Below are positions 13,193 through 26,300 of a stretch of DNA of 64,000 nt, piece after piece. The notes beneath the pieces were generated by a model. It saw nothing but the letters and a program-made list of their open reading frames with translations, made no database searches and was not told where the DNA came from. The stretch lies in contig OZ365113.1 in assembly GCA_977030845.1 (NCBI GenBank), positions 20,336,001 to 20,400,000 of the forward strand. Direction: 5' to 3'. A program made the translations under genes and the position numbers. The stretch comes from Fimbriosthenelais zetlandica. Taxonomy: Eukaryota. Numbering within the stretch: the stretch's first letter is position 1; each line of letters opens with the position of its first letter.

Positions 13193-16100
13193 GGAGGGAC
13201 ACCACATGGATCAGCCATTTTGAACCTTTACAGTGTAAGCCTTGTAATTAGATGTTGTATACGTATGACAGAATATTTGAAGCCATCTCACTGTAGTCTG
13301 TATTCAGATTGCATTGAAGTCTGCCTCGTTTAAAATATAATCTGTTGTACAGACCTCTGGGTTCATGTGCGTTTGTTGGAGCATGAGAAGGCTGGGGTTC
13401 ACCAAGCTGAATTTGTGATCCTCTCAGCAGAGGACGCCCAAATTAAAACAAGGAAAGTCATAGATGGAACTTGCAGTTTCCTTTGAGTTCAGGACTCAAT
13501 GAAACCTATCCTCCCTGTGGAATTGTTATTCGGACAAGGTGTAAATTGATTGTTAAGCAATAGAAAAATAATCTTAGTGTACCGGAGTTGTCCTTTGCCA
13601 CCCATATGCCGCTATCTTTAGTATTGCTGCGTCTAAAATGAGGAGTGGGTGAGGAGGGTGGAGGCACACACCTTGTCTCTGAGTTCAGACAGTGCATTTT
13701 GGTGAACAGATTCTACTCCATTCTGCTTCTAGTTGGATAAGCTTTTCCTGTCAGACAAAAAGGAACAGGTGCATGCAGTTTCATATCTGCATTTGCTTTG
13801 CGATCTGGAACAGTGAAAATATGAGATTATTTGAGACGATCTTTTAAAACATTATGACTTGGTTGGTTGTAGAATAATAATGAAACGTAGGACTAATGAC
13901 CATTTTATTTGATCAGTTGGGGAACTGCCAATACCTGTAGGCCTTTATTTATAAATACAAGCCTATGGCCTATACCAGGTATCACTTATAGTTATAGGCC
14001 TACATTTCTACTAGGCCTACAATCATTTCATAATTGTACTCATGTACATGTCTTCCAAAGCTGTGACTGCGATCAAGCTCTGGATGCAAGTTGGTGCTGG
14101 CATCTGGTGAGCTGAATTCTACCAGGATGCCCAAATCCCACCTTTAGACCTGTATATTCATCTTAATGCATTTTAGTATTCAATGTCAAGTAAAATCCAT
14201 CCCTTCTAACATATGAATCTACAAAGACAAAGACAACCGGCTTGGTACCTGACGGAGAAGCTAAATGTAACTTGAAATTAGATCTTGACTGGGAAGTACA
14301 GAGATCGTGGGGTGTGGGCGACAAGATTTTGTGACACTGCACTATTCTGAGTGAGATTTAGCAGGTTTACCTATTTCAATTGACTGTCTTTCCATGGACA
14401 CACATATAGGACTATAGTTTGTCGTGAATGTGTTTGCTCAGGCGCGCTCAGTACTTGGCAAATGCTACCCTGTGTTTCCTTTTCAAATCTATGTCTGCAA
14501 TAGCTCCGTTGGGCCACAGTTTTTTGCCTTCCTCACTGAGTTCTGTAGGCTTAGGGTTTATATTAGCTCTGTTTTCAGCAGAGCTAATTGTGTGAAACAA
14601 GATTTTAAGGGGATATTAATTGAAGTGTTGACAAGGCTCCTGGTCACTCCAGCTTCCCAAACTAGGCCTATAATAGGCGGCTGGTCCCTTTAAGATTAGA
14701 AGCAAGCCTACATAACATGCGCTATAAATGTTATAGGTTTACACCACTAGTGACCTCATATCCGGGAGTAAGGTAAAAGTAAACTAGGTGAAAAATATTA
14801 GGACTTTCTGGCCAGTTATAAGAAATTCACTCGGGACCATATGGCCACCAGCAATATGAGGGGGTAGGATACGTCTGCTTATTGTCTGGCAAATGTCTAG
14901 ACTTGGGAGACATAATCAAGCTCTGACAAGCAATAATATAACTCGCATAATAGTCACTCACATAATAATTCTCTCTGTGAAAAATTATGGAATATTCTTG
15001 TAATTTGTACTACAGTGACAGTATGAAATATTTTCTTGTTTTTTTTACAACTGAGACCTCAGTAAGATTATATCTGCAGAAAAATTCTTTTAACATTTAA
15101 AAAAATTATGCAGACATCATAATCAAAGGACAACGGATGGGAGAAGATAATGAACAACATTCGAGCCCCTTTCAAAGCTCACTCGTGTATTAAAGAGAAT
15201 GAAGTCTTATCAAAGAACAGTTCTTATAGGTTTTATTTGTTTTTGAGAGAAGAGAATTAATGAGCAAGGAAAATGATAACATACATTTATTCAAATCTTT
15301 ACAGGCAGCCGTTTTTATTCCCCTTTCCCTTTCAACTTCCTTCCCATTCATGAACACGACCTCTTTCCAGAATTTCTTCTAATTACCGCTATTCTTCGCC
15401 CTTCATTCTCTTTGCATTTTTCACCCTCTATTCTTATTCCCTCGTTTCCTCGCGGCTTCAACCTTTCCCTTTCCACTTATCATCTATAATTACCTGTACC
15501 TTCATTCAGATAATTCCCCTGAGAACACAGCCCACCCCCTCTCCCTTTCCTATGTCACGGCACATTTATATACATTTCCACCTATGGCATATTGATACGC
15601 CCTTTTCTGGTGACTATGTGTCCCCAGTGGCTAAGCGAGGGCAATGCCTCTGTCAATACATTCTCCACCCCGCTGAATTTGTTTACATTGACAAACTCTG
15701 AGCAGCTCTACAGTCACAGTCCTCATCCAGAGCCTGGCCCAGAGTGTTTTTGATTCAAACTCTTGAATTGAATCTACAAAACATTTTTGTAGAGGAAAAT
15801 GTTTTATCACCAACTGTTCAAAATTGAGATGAAGGCCTAATAATCCAATTTAATGAGACAAATTTCCTGGAAATTTCCTAGATCCTGACAAAAGATAGCA
15901 ACTAACTATCTACATTTATATAGGGCTTAAAATGCTATTAAAACTATCTGAGGAATGTCCAGGAATTGTCTTTACTATGACAGATTTCATTTCACCAGTG
16001 ACATATTTTTCATCGTCTTTATAGGAAGTCCCTGCTCTAACAGTGTATACATAGACTCGGCTATAACAGCTCAAGTTGATGTCACAAGGCAGACTGTCAC

Positions 16101-19100
16101 TTTGTGAGGTGCTTGGCGAGCAGCTTGCTTGGAAGCACTTTAATGTTGGCTGAGTAGGATGGCAACAAGGGTGGTGAGTGACAGGGGGACAATGTCCTGT
16201 CACTACGCCCTACACGCCTCACTGCCTAATGGAGAAATAAGCTATAGCAGAGAAAGGATGATGGATATGCCACCACTCCATATACACCCATTATAATGGC
16301 TTCTTTCACGCTATTGATTTCATTCGGTAAATGTAAGCTTTTAGTCATGATGATAACCAACTCTCTCCCCATTCTTCCCTTCTCTTCCCTCTTTTGTATT
16401 GAGGAGGTAACCTGCCCCGGCAAGCCCCTTTATAACCAAGTCTAAACAATCACTTCCATATTAGATTTCAAACCCATTTGGATATTGCAACATCTTTCTC
16501 CTCTAGGCCTCGAGGAAGTGGATGGTATTTATAGCTTCCCATTTGGAGGCATTTAAAAAGATTAACAAGATTATGTATGCTTAAAGGAAAGGATCATTGT
16601 TCAGCCCAAGGCAACTTTATAACGCATCAGCTCTATCTTATAACATCATTTGAGCATGAGAGTTATGGAGTGACTTAATCGAGGTGATCCAATTGCCTGG
16701 CGACACGACTGCATCCCATCCATTCATGCAGCCTGCCTATTATTTCATCAGTATTCCTTGGGCCTTCTTGGATTTTTAAAAGTTTTCCATCACCTATTAC
16801 GCTTATTTTAAAGTGTTTATTGGGATTATTGCATGCAAGCCATCAACTTATTGCAGGTCTATTCTGGTGTAGAGGCATATAGAATCGTGTGGCAGCAGTG
16901 TGAATGAATGCTGGGAGTGGTAGCAGGAAGTGCTATTTTATGACAATATTGATCCTCAATCAGTACCAGGAAAACCAGAATTAATGCGTGAAAGAGAAGC
17001 GAGATCAAGATCCTCTACTGGCTACCTGTATTGATTATAATTGGCTCAAAGAAAATTATTAGCAAGGCCTACAATCGACGGAGCAAGAGACTAAGGGAGG
17101 GGGAAAGGCTTTGTAGTGGCTCCCCTACTCTCCACCATTGACTTTTTTCTTCTAACATTTTGTAATTGTAGATGAAAGGCAAAATCAATACGGCGAATGA
17201 CATAAAATTTACCTCGTATAGATATAGAGCAGTCTTGGTTGAACCATGCAGATAATGCAGGCCTGGTATTACTGAGCGATATGGGAGGGATTGTCCAGCA
17301 AAGGGAAAGATTCTTCCACGCCACGGGAGCAAAAGAGATGAACTGAAATTGCAAGGTTCACACATGAACAGCAGTCCTCGCTGAAGACGGGGAAGCGTGG
17401 GTTGTTACATGCTGAGGCGTATATAGCAGGGGAAGAAAGAAAGGTTAGGGTGCATTGAGGAAAGAGATGAGGGAAGAAATGTCCAATATATGTAAAGAGG
17501 GGAGAAATCCATGGAGGAGACATGGTGGAATTACAAGCCAATGGAAGTCTATTGTCAATGCCCCCATCCCTTGTTCCATCAATAATGAAAATTACATTGA
17601 CTATGTTCATCCCATCTATTGGATGGCTTTATACAGGAAAAAAGCCCTCTCTGGCAGCGTCGGGAACGATACTAATTCAGTAATGAATAAGGAGACAGAA
17701 AGAGAGAATTTCCTCTTTATGGTCACATTATCTCCAGTCATTATCACCATTTGCCTTTCCCCCAGCACCCTTATCACCAACACCCTTAAGGATGTGGTAT
17801 TGCTACTTTCTGCAGGCGATGGGCTAAATTAACTCAATCGCTGTGGAACACGTTGTGGAAGGCTCGAGGAGGAAGAAGGTCAATCGATGGCAGCTACATC
17901 AGCAACAACAAGCAGTCGCAGTTTGTATTGTGCCTCATTATAGTCAGCAGCAATGCTAAGAATGTGCTGGGCGGGACTGCTATGTGCTTGTTTTACAGTC
18001 ATTCCATTAGTCCAGAGAGAATATCACACTTATTAGCTGATGCAGACTTTTAATTCATCAACAAGAGGGGAGACGAATCAATGAGGTTGCGAGACAAGGA
18101 TACAACTTAGACAGTTAGTTAATTAACGGGTTTTTTCTCTGCAGTGATGTTCATTCTTTCAGTCTGAATTGAAGGGCCGAAAGTCTGATTGCGAAATCCT
18201 TAATCATCATTTAATTAAATATATGATGAGTTTGTTTTGCAATGGCCAAGACACCAAGTCTGGGACTAAATATAGGCAAAAAACAGCATATCAAGCCGTG
18301 AGATTATTTGTAAAGCAGACCATGTCCACTATTGATTGACAGCTGTTTAATGAACCACCGAAAAATGTATATTATATTTCACCTTGTATTTGCATCAGGT
18401 CAATATTAGACCTCTATAGGGCCGGTTAATTACAAGAAATATCTTGGTAGGAACTTATCGAGCGAGCAGCTGCAGACCTTTATTTAGAGTCAGAAATTTA
18501 TTTAATTTTCCAGAGAAAACTACCAACAAAATTGTGATGTCTATATAAGTGTCCCCAGAGCTCTATGTCTATTTAAATCTTATGCATTAGCCTACCATTC
18601 TTCGTGGCTTATCACCAGCTCTACGAAATAGATCCTATATATATATACTGTCTGTGGACATGCTGAAAACGCCCTACCATCAAATAGCCTTGCAGCACAC
18701 GTATAGGTCAGCATCAAGGAATCGGGAGTTAATTTTGTTAGGGCTGTGGGACTGGTTTGTAGTCCCTTAAGGGTTTCCCCAGTAACCAGGGACTGGTGGC
18801 AGGACCATTTGATGGATTAGTGGACAGTGATGAAACACAACATACCACGGAGCATTCAAGTTTCCCAACGTGGCACCATGCTTCATGGATGCTAAAATAC
18901 AATGTGCTGCCATCTATAGTTTACTTCTAAACTTGACTTGCAATCGTTTCTATTGGCATGGTTTTTGAGATTCTTACTAGGGGGTCTGTATCAGTCAGTA
19001 TCTCTTTGCTATTGGGCATGTAACCATTTATCATTGAAAGTGTTTGCCTGCCCCAGAATACCCACCACCCAGACCTGTTGGCCTAATTTGTGCATTTATA

Positions 19101-19384
19101 AACCACTTGAAGATCAGTTCGTATTAAAAACTATTGACTGATGAAGAGTGATTAATGTGATAAAATATTGAAAATAGGATTATCATGGAAGACAGATGTG
19201 AAAAGATATTGTGGGAGTAGGAAATGAGAGGTGGGATGTTGTGATGCAGGGGAAGGACAAGTGGCAGTGGGAGGGGAGGGAAAAGGGGATGGGTTGAAGG
19301 AAGAGTAGGTGGGACAGAACCGATCAATCAACCTTGTCATCGAAGTATCACAAAACACAAATGCTCAGAAAGATAATTGGTACT

Positions 19385-19390
19385 TTTATT
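19385..19390 (-). terminator. Candidate poly(A) signal of membrane protein gene
   Basis: AATAAA on the minus strand ~560 nt after the stop, in AT-rich context. Confidence 0.5.
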
Positions 19391-19951
19391 ATTGCATTTA
19401 AAATATCACATAAGTTGCCATGTTTACAGTACATTTAAATCACAAATTCCATACAGACAGTAAGCTGATTTTTTTTTTGAAAACAAACACAATACACTTG
19501 TTACACCAATTGCCTTATTTCCCTGTAGCCTATGACGTCAGATCCTGATACATATAGGCCATCGTACAACATTGTGCAACGCAGCCTATATATATATATA
19601 TGTGATAAACATATAGGAAGTATAAAAGTAGCATTATACAGCTTGATACCATTTTGATATAGACATGTGGGAAGTAAAGATAATAAAATTGTCTATTTTG
19701 GTCCCCATTGTATATTATCACAAATTAAAATAGATTGATGTGGGAGTCAGGGATAGGGGTGATGCAACACATTCAAAGATTTCGTTACAAAACTTCGTTG
19801 CAAAATATTTGATCATATCCTAGCATAATTTACATTACATTACTTTCAGGTATTCAGATGAAGGTTATCTTGATCATTTGCTCAGACTAATACAATTAAA
19901 CTAGAAGAATATAATACATATTGGAATGGTAAAAATATTCCGATTCTGTAA

Positions 19952-20019
19952 CTATAGGTCTCCAGCTGTTGGGAGTGGAGGAGCGTGTGAGGTGTTTTCT
20001 CCTCCTTCTGAATGCACCA
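19952..20019 (-). CDS. Membrane protein last coding exon (VVHSEGGENTSHAPPLPTAGDL*)
   Basis: Acceptor ctctttttag, stop TAG at 19952-19954. Confidence 0.75.
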
Positions 20020-22642
20020 CTAAAAAGAGTAAATTTGGCTGATTTTACATTACATTAGCAGTAACTGTTGTGTAAAGACATTCCTCTAAGGGCTTTAATC
20101 ATTTATATGACATTAGAGTCCTTCACAAACCTTTTTCTTTTAATCCTAAACCAAAGTTCCGAGTGCATGTCACAAGCTGAGAGTATGTAACGATGTGCAC
20201 CACGAAGAAAACAGCACCTGAAAAAGTCATATTGAGTTAAATAGAAACAAAGCAACTGACAGGGTTAATGTATAATTAAATTAGCAGAATTAGTTCAGGA
20301 GTCCATGGGAAGGCACTGAATTTATCATTCATATACGTCATACATTGTTATATGTTTTAAATAAGAAGTCCAGAATGCACAACTTACATGTGACTAAAGT
20401 TATGTAAAAAAGGATTTGCTCATCAGTGCTTGCTTCTTCAGGAGATAATAACCTAAAAATCTAAAAGAACAAACATTACACATCCCACTTAGGTTACAAA
20501 CAAGTTCACTTTTATCCTTGAAGGTAATATTGTAAAGGCAGGAATTTATTTTTAAAATATCAATCAATTTAGGTCTATTTCCTATGTTAAACTTATGACT
20601 TATCAACTATGTTGATGCTTACTCTGTATACTCTGTAAATGACATATGCAGGTGATGCCAGTCCAAGGAAGGAAAAAACTCCGACAAGAATCTTATTTTC
20701 CCATCGAACCTAGAAATACAGAAGGAGGGAGCTGTAGAAAGGGGCGTATTAGAGAGGAGGGTGTGGGACAGAGGGGAGGGAGGGAAATAGCTGTAGAAAG
20801 GGGCGAATTAGAGAGGAGGGTGTGGGGCATGATGTTATAGGAAGAGAGGGAGATAGCTGTAGAAAGGGGCGAATTAGAGAAGAGGGTGTTGGACAAAGGG
20901 AGAGAGGGAGGGAGATAGCTGTAGAAAGGGACAAATTAGAGAGGATGGTGTGAGACAGAGGGAGGGAGATAGCTGTAGAAATGGGCGAATTGGAGAGGAA
21001 GGTTATATCTCGATGATTCCTTCCAATAATTGAAATAATTTTTTTGCCGAAATGCTACTAGGAATTATTCGGACGTTTGCCTGAGTACCTTGAGACATTG
21101 GTCATTATTAAGGTTAAAGCTAATTTAAGATCTATTAATGGATGCTGAAAATTCTGTGTACTTACAGATGCCCACCCGAGTATAGTCCACAGGATGCAGA
21201 ACGGGACACCGACTCCCAGGACAATTTTTTCGTAAATATTGGCAGGATAGGCACCATGTGTCAGGACTAGAATAACTATACTCAACTGTATATAAACAAA
21301 AAGAAGAATAAGTAGAATCAGTAAGTGGATAATACCTTAATTCGTCAACAATTTATGGATATCAAATATTATGGGGTAGGCCCGATCATCTATATATCAT
21401 GTAGGTTGTATACTCACTGAAATTTGCAGATCACATTTGAGAAGGCAGTAGAAGGCGACAGAATGTCTGTACATGCCTACAAATATGCAAAAATTGTTAT
21501 CATAAATTTATATTAGCCATCTATCGTTTATTTAATAACATCAATATAACATCTCTCAATAATATAAACTTTCAATACTGCTGCGCAATAGTTGGATACT
21601 TGTGTATAGTAACCACTATAATTAGGATATATACTTACTCTGCAATGATTCTACAGGGCCAACAACTCGGAATTCAAACCATTTAAATTCCACTATCACT
21701 TTAATGACCAATCCAATATTAATGGGCGCCAGAACTGATGCCAGTATCAACCGTACCTGTGTACATAAAGATTGAATACTGTGAAATTCCACCAGGCAAA
21801 AAAAAGAAACAAGAACAGACAGAGGTTGCATGATTAGATTTACATGTATTGATTTATTTTGTTCCCAACAACAAGATTGCAGGTGAGAGATATTACCATG
21901 AAACAACTCACCGTTTTCACAATACTGATTTCTCCCGTTTTCGCTTTGAACCCATAATCAATGGCGCAGTAGGAGACAATTACCACAACAGCCATGATGT
22001 ATGCTACAAGCTCATACTTTCTTCCCGAGAACAGGGAAAGGAACACGTAGAAAAAACAAAAACCTGCAAGAAAGACAATTTCCATGCATGAATGACGTGT
22101 TGTGGAGGGTAACGGAGTCAAAACAAGTTTGACGTCATTATGGTTGGAAAACATTGAAATGTTATAGTATAGACATGTATACGGGCTTCATTCTCTTATA
22201 ATAGAAATCAATATTAACAGTACAAATCTAAAGTGCCGCTCCAGTATGATTAGAAGTATACGCCCCTCCCCCATCTTCAGCCCTGAGTGGGCACTTTAGA
22301 TAACTTACTGGCATTGAGCAGGATTAGAAGTATGTAAGTAAAGTCTGCTGAATCTTTTTGGACGATACATAGCGCATAGATGGAAAATGCTACAGTCATT
22401 AAAAGATTGACCACCGACACACTGAGGAATGCCCATTCATATCGGTTGAACGTTCTGAAATTTCTAACCTGAAATATTTGAAACATATTAATTGATTATA
22501 TCTTGATTATTTCTATAAATCTATATATAAAATTTCATGTATGTTAGTTATGTAATATGCTAGTCAAGTTCATGATTAGGCCTATTATATATCTTGGTAG
22601 ATCATTACATGTATAGATTACCAAAGGCATATTCAACTTCAT
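19952..22642 (-). CDS. Multi-pass membrane protein gene (~314 aa, ~7-8 TM), UPF0658 Golgi membrane protein-like; whole gene span
   Basis: Nine phase-consistent GT-AG exons (22468-22309, 22063-21912, 21756-21639, 21476-21418, 21285-21166, 20709-20623, 20460-20388, 20217-20131, 20019-19952) give one open frame of 307 aa plus stop. Hydrophobic segments and the motifs RWENK, LLKCDLQ and CTRNFGLGLK are present. Family label is from motif recall only. Confidence 0.85.
20131..20217 (-). CDS. Membrane protein exon (CAVFFVVHIVTYSQLVTCTRNFGLGLKEK)
   Basis: Acceptor tttttcag, donor G|gtttgt; carries NFGxGLK motif. Confidence 0.85.
20388..20460 (-). CDS. Membrane protein exon (IFRLLSPEEASTDEQILFYITLVT)
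   Basis: Acceptor ttcttttag, donor T|gtaagt; phases fit. Confidence 0.75.
20623..20709 (-). CDS. Membrane protein exon (VRWENKILVGVFSFLGLASPAYVIYRVYR)
   Basis: Acceptor tttctag, donor AGA|gtaagc, 87 nt. Confidence 0.85.
20721..21000 (-). repeat. ~60-bp purine/pyrimidine-skewed minisatellite, ~5 units, in an intron of the membrane protein gene
   Basis: Repeated core gctgtagaaaggggcgaattagagag (reverse complement: ctctaattcgcccctttctacagc). Confidence 0.9.
21166..21285 (-). CDS. Membrane protein exon (LSIVILVL...ILWTILGWAS)
   Basis: Acceptor atacag, donor TCT|gtaagt, 120 nt. Confidence 0.85.
21418..21476 (-). CDS. Membrane protein exon (MYRHSVAFYCLLKCDLQIS)
   Basis: Acceptor ttgtag, donor TCA|gtgagt; phases fit both neighbours. 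Confidence 0.8.
21639..21756 (-). CDS. Membrane protein exon (VRLILASVLAPINIGL...FRVVGPVESLQ)
   Basis: Acceptor tacacag, donor A|gtaagt. Confidence 0.85.
21912..22063 (-). CDS. Membrane protein exon (FCFFYVFLSLFSGRKYELVAY...IVKT)
   Basis: Acceptor cttgcag, donor ACG|gtgagt, phase 1 to 0. Confidence 0.85.
22309..22468 (-). CDS. Membrane protein exon (VRNFRTFNRYEWAFL...ILLNA)
   Basis: Acceptor tttcag|GTT, donor A|gtaagt, TM-rich translation. Confidence 0.85.
22622..22642 (-). CDS. Candidate first coding exon of membrane protein gene (MKLNMPL)
   Basis: ATG at 22642 with an in-frame stop just upstream; donor TTG|GTAATC in phase 0 matches the next acceptor. The exon is short, so other first exons are possible. 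Confidence 0.4.
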
Positions 22643-23165
22643 CTTGTTATTTCAGTATTTCCATGACAATACATCACGTGGACTTTAGCACTCTATATCT
22701 AATGTATACATAGGACATACATGTATATGCGCCTACTCAAGTCTATTGTATATACGGGATATGGTTTAACCAAGCTGGCTACTGACTATGACTATAGTAA
22801 GAACACAGTGTAATCATTTAACTCACTGGACCAAAGAATTGAGAGCTGACAACCGCTGGTGGGGCTGAATTCCTCCCTTCCACAAGCTGCCTCACATCCA
22901 GAGTCTCTTGTGAATCCATAATTATGATATTAAGTCATTAAAACAGGTTATTTACTCCAAAATCCAGAGCCATGCATCCAGTAAATAGGAAGTCTCTGAC
23001 CTAGTGAGATATCACGTGAGGAGGAATCCCGTGGATCAATAGCGTAGGGGTGTGTGTGTGGTATTTTCCGGGATTTCCCATGACGTCATTCCTAACCATT
23101 GTACCATAGAACTCTATAGACTATACTATAGTAAGTCTATGGTTGTACACCACCACAACACAAAC
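22643..23165. promoter_or_regulatory. Bidirectional promoter between membrane protein gene and TRAF7-like gene
   Basis: Start codons ~520 bp apart and divergent. Motifs: TCACGTGA 23012-23019, GGGATTTCCC 23070-23079, TGACGTCA 23081-23088, and a second CACGTG near 22676. Confidence 0.65.
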
Positions 23166-23383
23166 ATGGCCGCGATCCTGCTACCAGAGAAGCTCGTCAT
23201 TCCACCAAATGGCCATCTATTGTGTGGAATGTGTAAGTCCCTGTTCAGGGACCCTGTCATTAGTACCTCCTGTGGACATACCTTCTGTAAAATCTGTCTG
23301 TCTTCTAATAATGCTCCAGGATCAGCTGTTACTTGTCCAATAGATGGGGTGGAGTGTCAGCTTAATGCTACGGTGCCCAACAG
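23166..23383 (+). CDS. TRAF7: TRAF7-like exon 1 (RING finger)
   Basis: aaacATGgc start; MAAILLPEK...TVPN; donor AG|gtaagt. Confidence 0.9.
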
Positions 23384-26300
23384 GTAAGTGGAAACTCCTC
23401 TTTTTGTGTTGGCATGTTGGTCATTGAAATATAGATCATTCAGCTGATAAATGAATGAATGAATGAATGAATGAATGAATGACAACTTGAAAAAAATGAA
23501 TGGATGAATAGTGATGAGATTATTGGTATGTGGGCAGCAGTCAATTTAAAAAAATGGACCATTATTGACTGCATAATTTATGGGTTGGATACATATTCAA
23601 CCACTTTTAAATTCTGGTTATATTTCAGGGCACTACAAAGTCAAATAGATGACCTTGATATTTTCTGCAAAAACGGTCTCTTGTGGTCCAAGGATGAGGG
23701 ACAGTTTGTGATTAACCCACAAGGTTGTAAAGAAATTATAAAATTAGGTAAGTAGTGTGTCCTATTAATATTATGACCACTTAGAATAATTTTGATATGA
23801 ACATCATCTGATTGAGGTAATTGTGTGAATTGCAATAAATCTCAATATAGGGGACCTATGTTATAATTATGTTGTCTCCATCAGGCTCTCGTCATGACCA
23901 TGAGGAAGTGTGTTCATTTAATCGGGTGCCTTGTCCTAACAATGAGAAGCTATGTGGACAATTCCGGAGGCAGGAATTAGAGAAACATCTCCTGACATGT
24001 CCCTGTTTCACTTGCCGTCATAAAGATCGGGGTAACTTTCATTAAATTGGTACAACCGAACTAGAGTAATTAGGCCTACATCAGATATTGAATTCCAATT
24101 GAAACACATTTTTGTGCAATTACAAATGAACTAAAATTAATGTGTAATTCATTTCAGGATGTGATTTTAATGGTAGACAGGATGAAATTAACTGGCACAG
24201 TGAGAGGTGTGGGTACCGACCTGATGCCAAGGTTTCTCCAGTAGAAGTAAGTATATAAATGGAAGATGAGTAGGCTAAGATTTAATTAAGTATTTGAAGA
24301 TACATGAACCAGCATATTGATTTTATCGGGTCATTTCTTTGTGAGTGAATGAGATTGGGATCAGTGTGGCCTGCTAGTAATAATAGACTTGGCTTTACAA
24401 GCTTTGCTTTTGCTCTTCAGGTAGAGGAGTTGAGGAGAAGCAACCAAAGATTAGAACAGACTGTGACCAACCTTTCTGATCGTCTCTCAGAACTTGAAAA
24501 CAAGAACACAGAAAAAGATGAGCAGCTGCAAGAATGTTTAGAGTATGAATTACCTTAACTTTATATTACTTTACTCTTATTCTGTACTACTCAACATGTA
24601 TTCTAGAACCCAGGAAGACTCGTTTTATATACATGTAAATTCTTCAGTGCATGATGAAACACTATTCACAATTTTCGGAGGGAGGGGGGGGGGGCAATGT
24701 GTGGCGTAGCTCATGCGTAGCACAATGCTCAACTTCCCCAAGCATTCTCCACTTTTACCAAGGCTTCTCCACCTATTCCTAATTGGAATATGAAAGATTT
24801 AGAATTTTCAAAATTTGCAGCTATATATTCTGTCAATGCTGGCGGGCGTTACATTTGTGCAACGACGTGATTTCTACACGGATTTATCTTGAAACTTGAA
24901 AATGTGTTTGTTTCTATTATCTATAGAGCTCTGAAGACGATAGAAAGTCGGTATACGGATATCCATGCGAAGCTAGATCGCCTTTTGAAAGTTCAGCGGT
25001 CTCCATCAAGGAGAAGTTCTGCTGGTATTCCTGGTACTGTGGTGGTTAGGACGCCTTCTACCACCTCGCTGGCCTCTCAGATTTGGAGGAAGACGGAATC
25101 ATGGACGATGCCTTTCCAGTTTAAATGCATTGGAACTTTAAGGTGAATTGAACAAATGATTTGACTTGCATTCGATTGTACAATAGTAGAAGGAGTTTTC
25201 ATTCCAATATTCCCTTTCTAAATAGTTGGTGTACATTCTTTCCGACCAGTTTCCAAACTATTAAATATTAGCAGGCCTATATGTATACTATTTTAATTCA
25301 ATTTACTGGAAAATGTAACTCTCTCAAGTTGGTTATGATATTATATGTTGTTAACTCTGATAGGCCATAGATAACCCTGCCTCGGTTCAATTTGATATTA
25401 GTAAAATATTTCAAAATAAATCCCTTTTCAGATCGCATAGAGGGGCTGTGCAAGCTTTGTGTACTAAGGACAACAGGCTGTACAGTGCAGGAAAAGATAA
25501 TGTAATAAAAGTATGGGAGCTGGATGGATTATCCAAAGGTCACAGCATGAACATGATAGGGCATTCTGATGAGGTCAGTGATCATTGTATTACCCCTGGA
25601 CATTGATAGGCTTAATTCACCTTCCTCTTACCGTCATCCATCTTTTATCCTTAAACTTTGTTTCTTTGTTAATATTTATTATAAGTAATATTAATTATGT
25701 CAATTCACTTGCATTGCACAGATTCAAGCCATGTGTATTGGCTTTAGTTACCTCTATAGTGCTAGTGCAGATAAAACCCTCAGGGCATGGGACATGGAAA
25801 CTGGAGAGCAAGAATTTGAAGTGAAAGTAATTTGAAACCATCCTCAAATCTTGAAACTATGAAAAGTTCTATGTAATGCTGTGAAATATTAACATTTTGC
25901 TATGACTGTATCTTTCTGTTCAACTTTTGAAGTTCCTACATTATCTAAGAGGATCCTTAAAAGATCGACAAAAAATGTGCAACATTTCCTATTTTACATT
26001 AGCATGAACTGTCCGATGCTGTGGTGAATATGGTATGCACCGAGGATTTTGTCTTTACGTCAACATTTTCAGCAATACATGTAAGGATATTTTTTAATTA
26101 AAGGAGTAGATTATTGCAATAAAAAGATGTTGAAAGTCTTGAATAAAAAGACAGTGATATATTAAGTGTTCTTGGAGTAAGAAAATGTTATGTAAGAATG
26201 TCAAGTTGAGATCTATGATAGAGGAAGTATTTGCTTGGTTTCTAGGTGTGGGAAGCTGAAAACCTGAAGCAGAAGGATGCTATTAAAGGTCTCCATCATT

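Noticed and set aside
17281-18053. 125-aa ORF 17455-17832 and neighbouring ORFs
   Set aside because: No recognisable domain, no phase-consistent splice partners, purine-rich low-information composition.
23052-23165. Upstream in-frame extension of the TRAF7-like ORF (GTG start at 23052, ATG at 23139)
   Set aside because: It overlaps the promoter motifs, has poor start context and is not protein-like; the ATG at 23166 is preferred.
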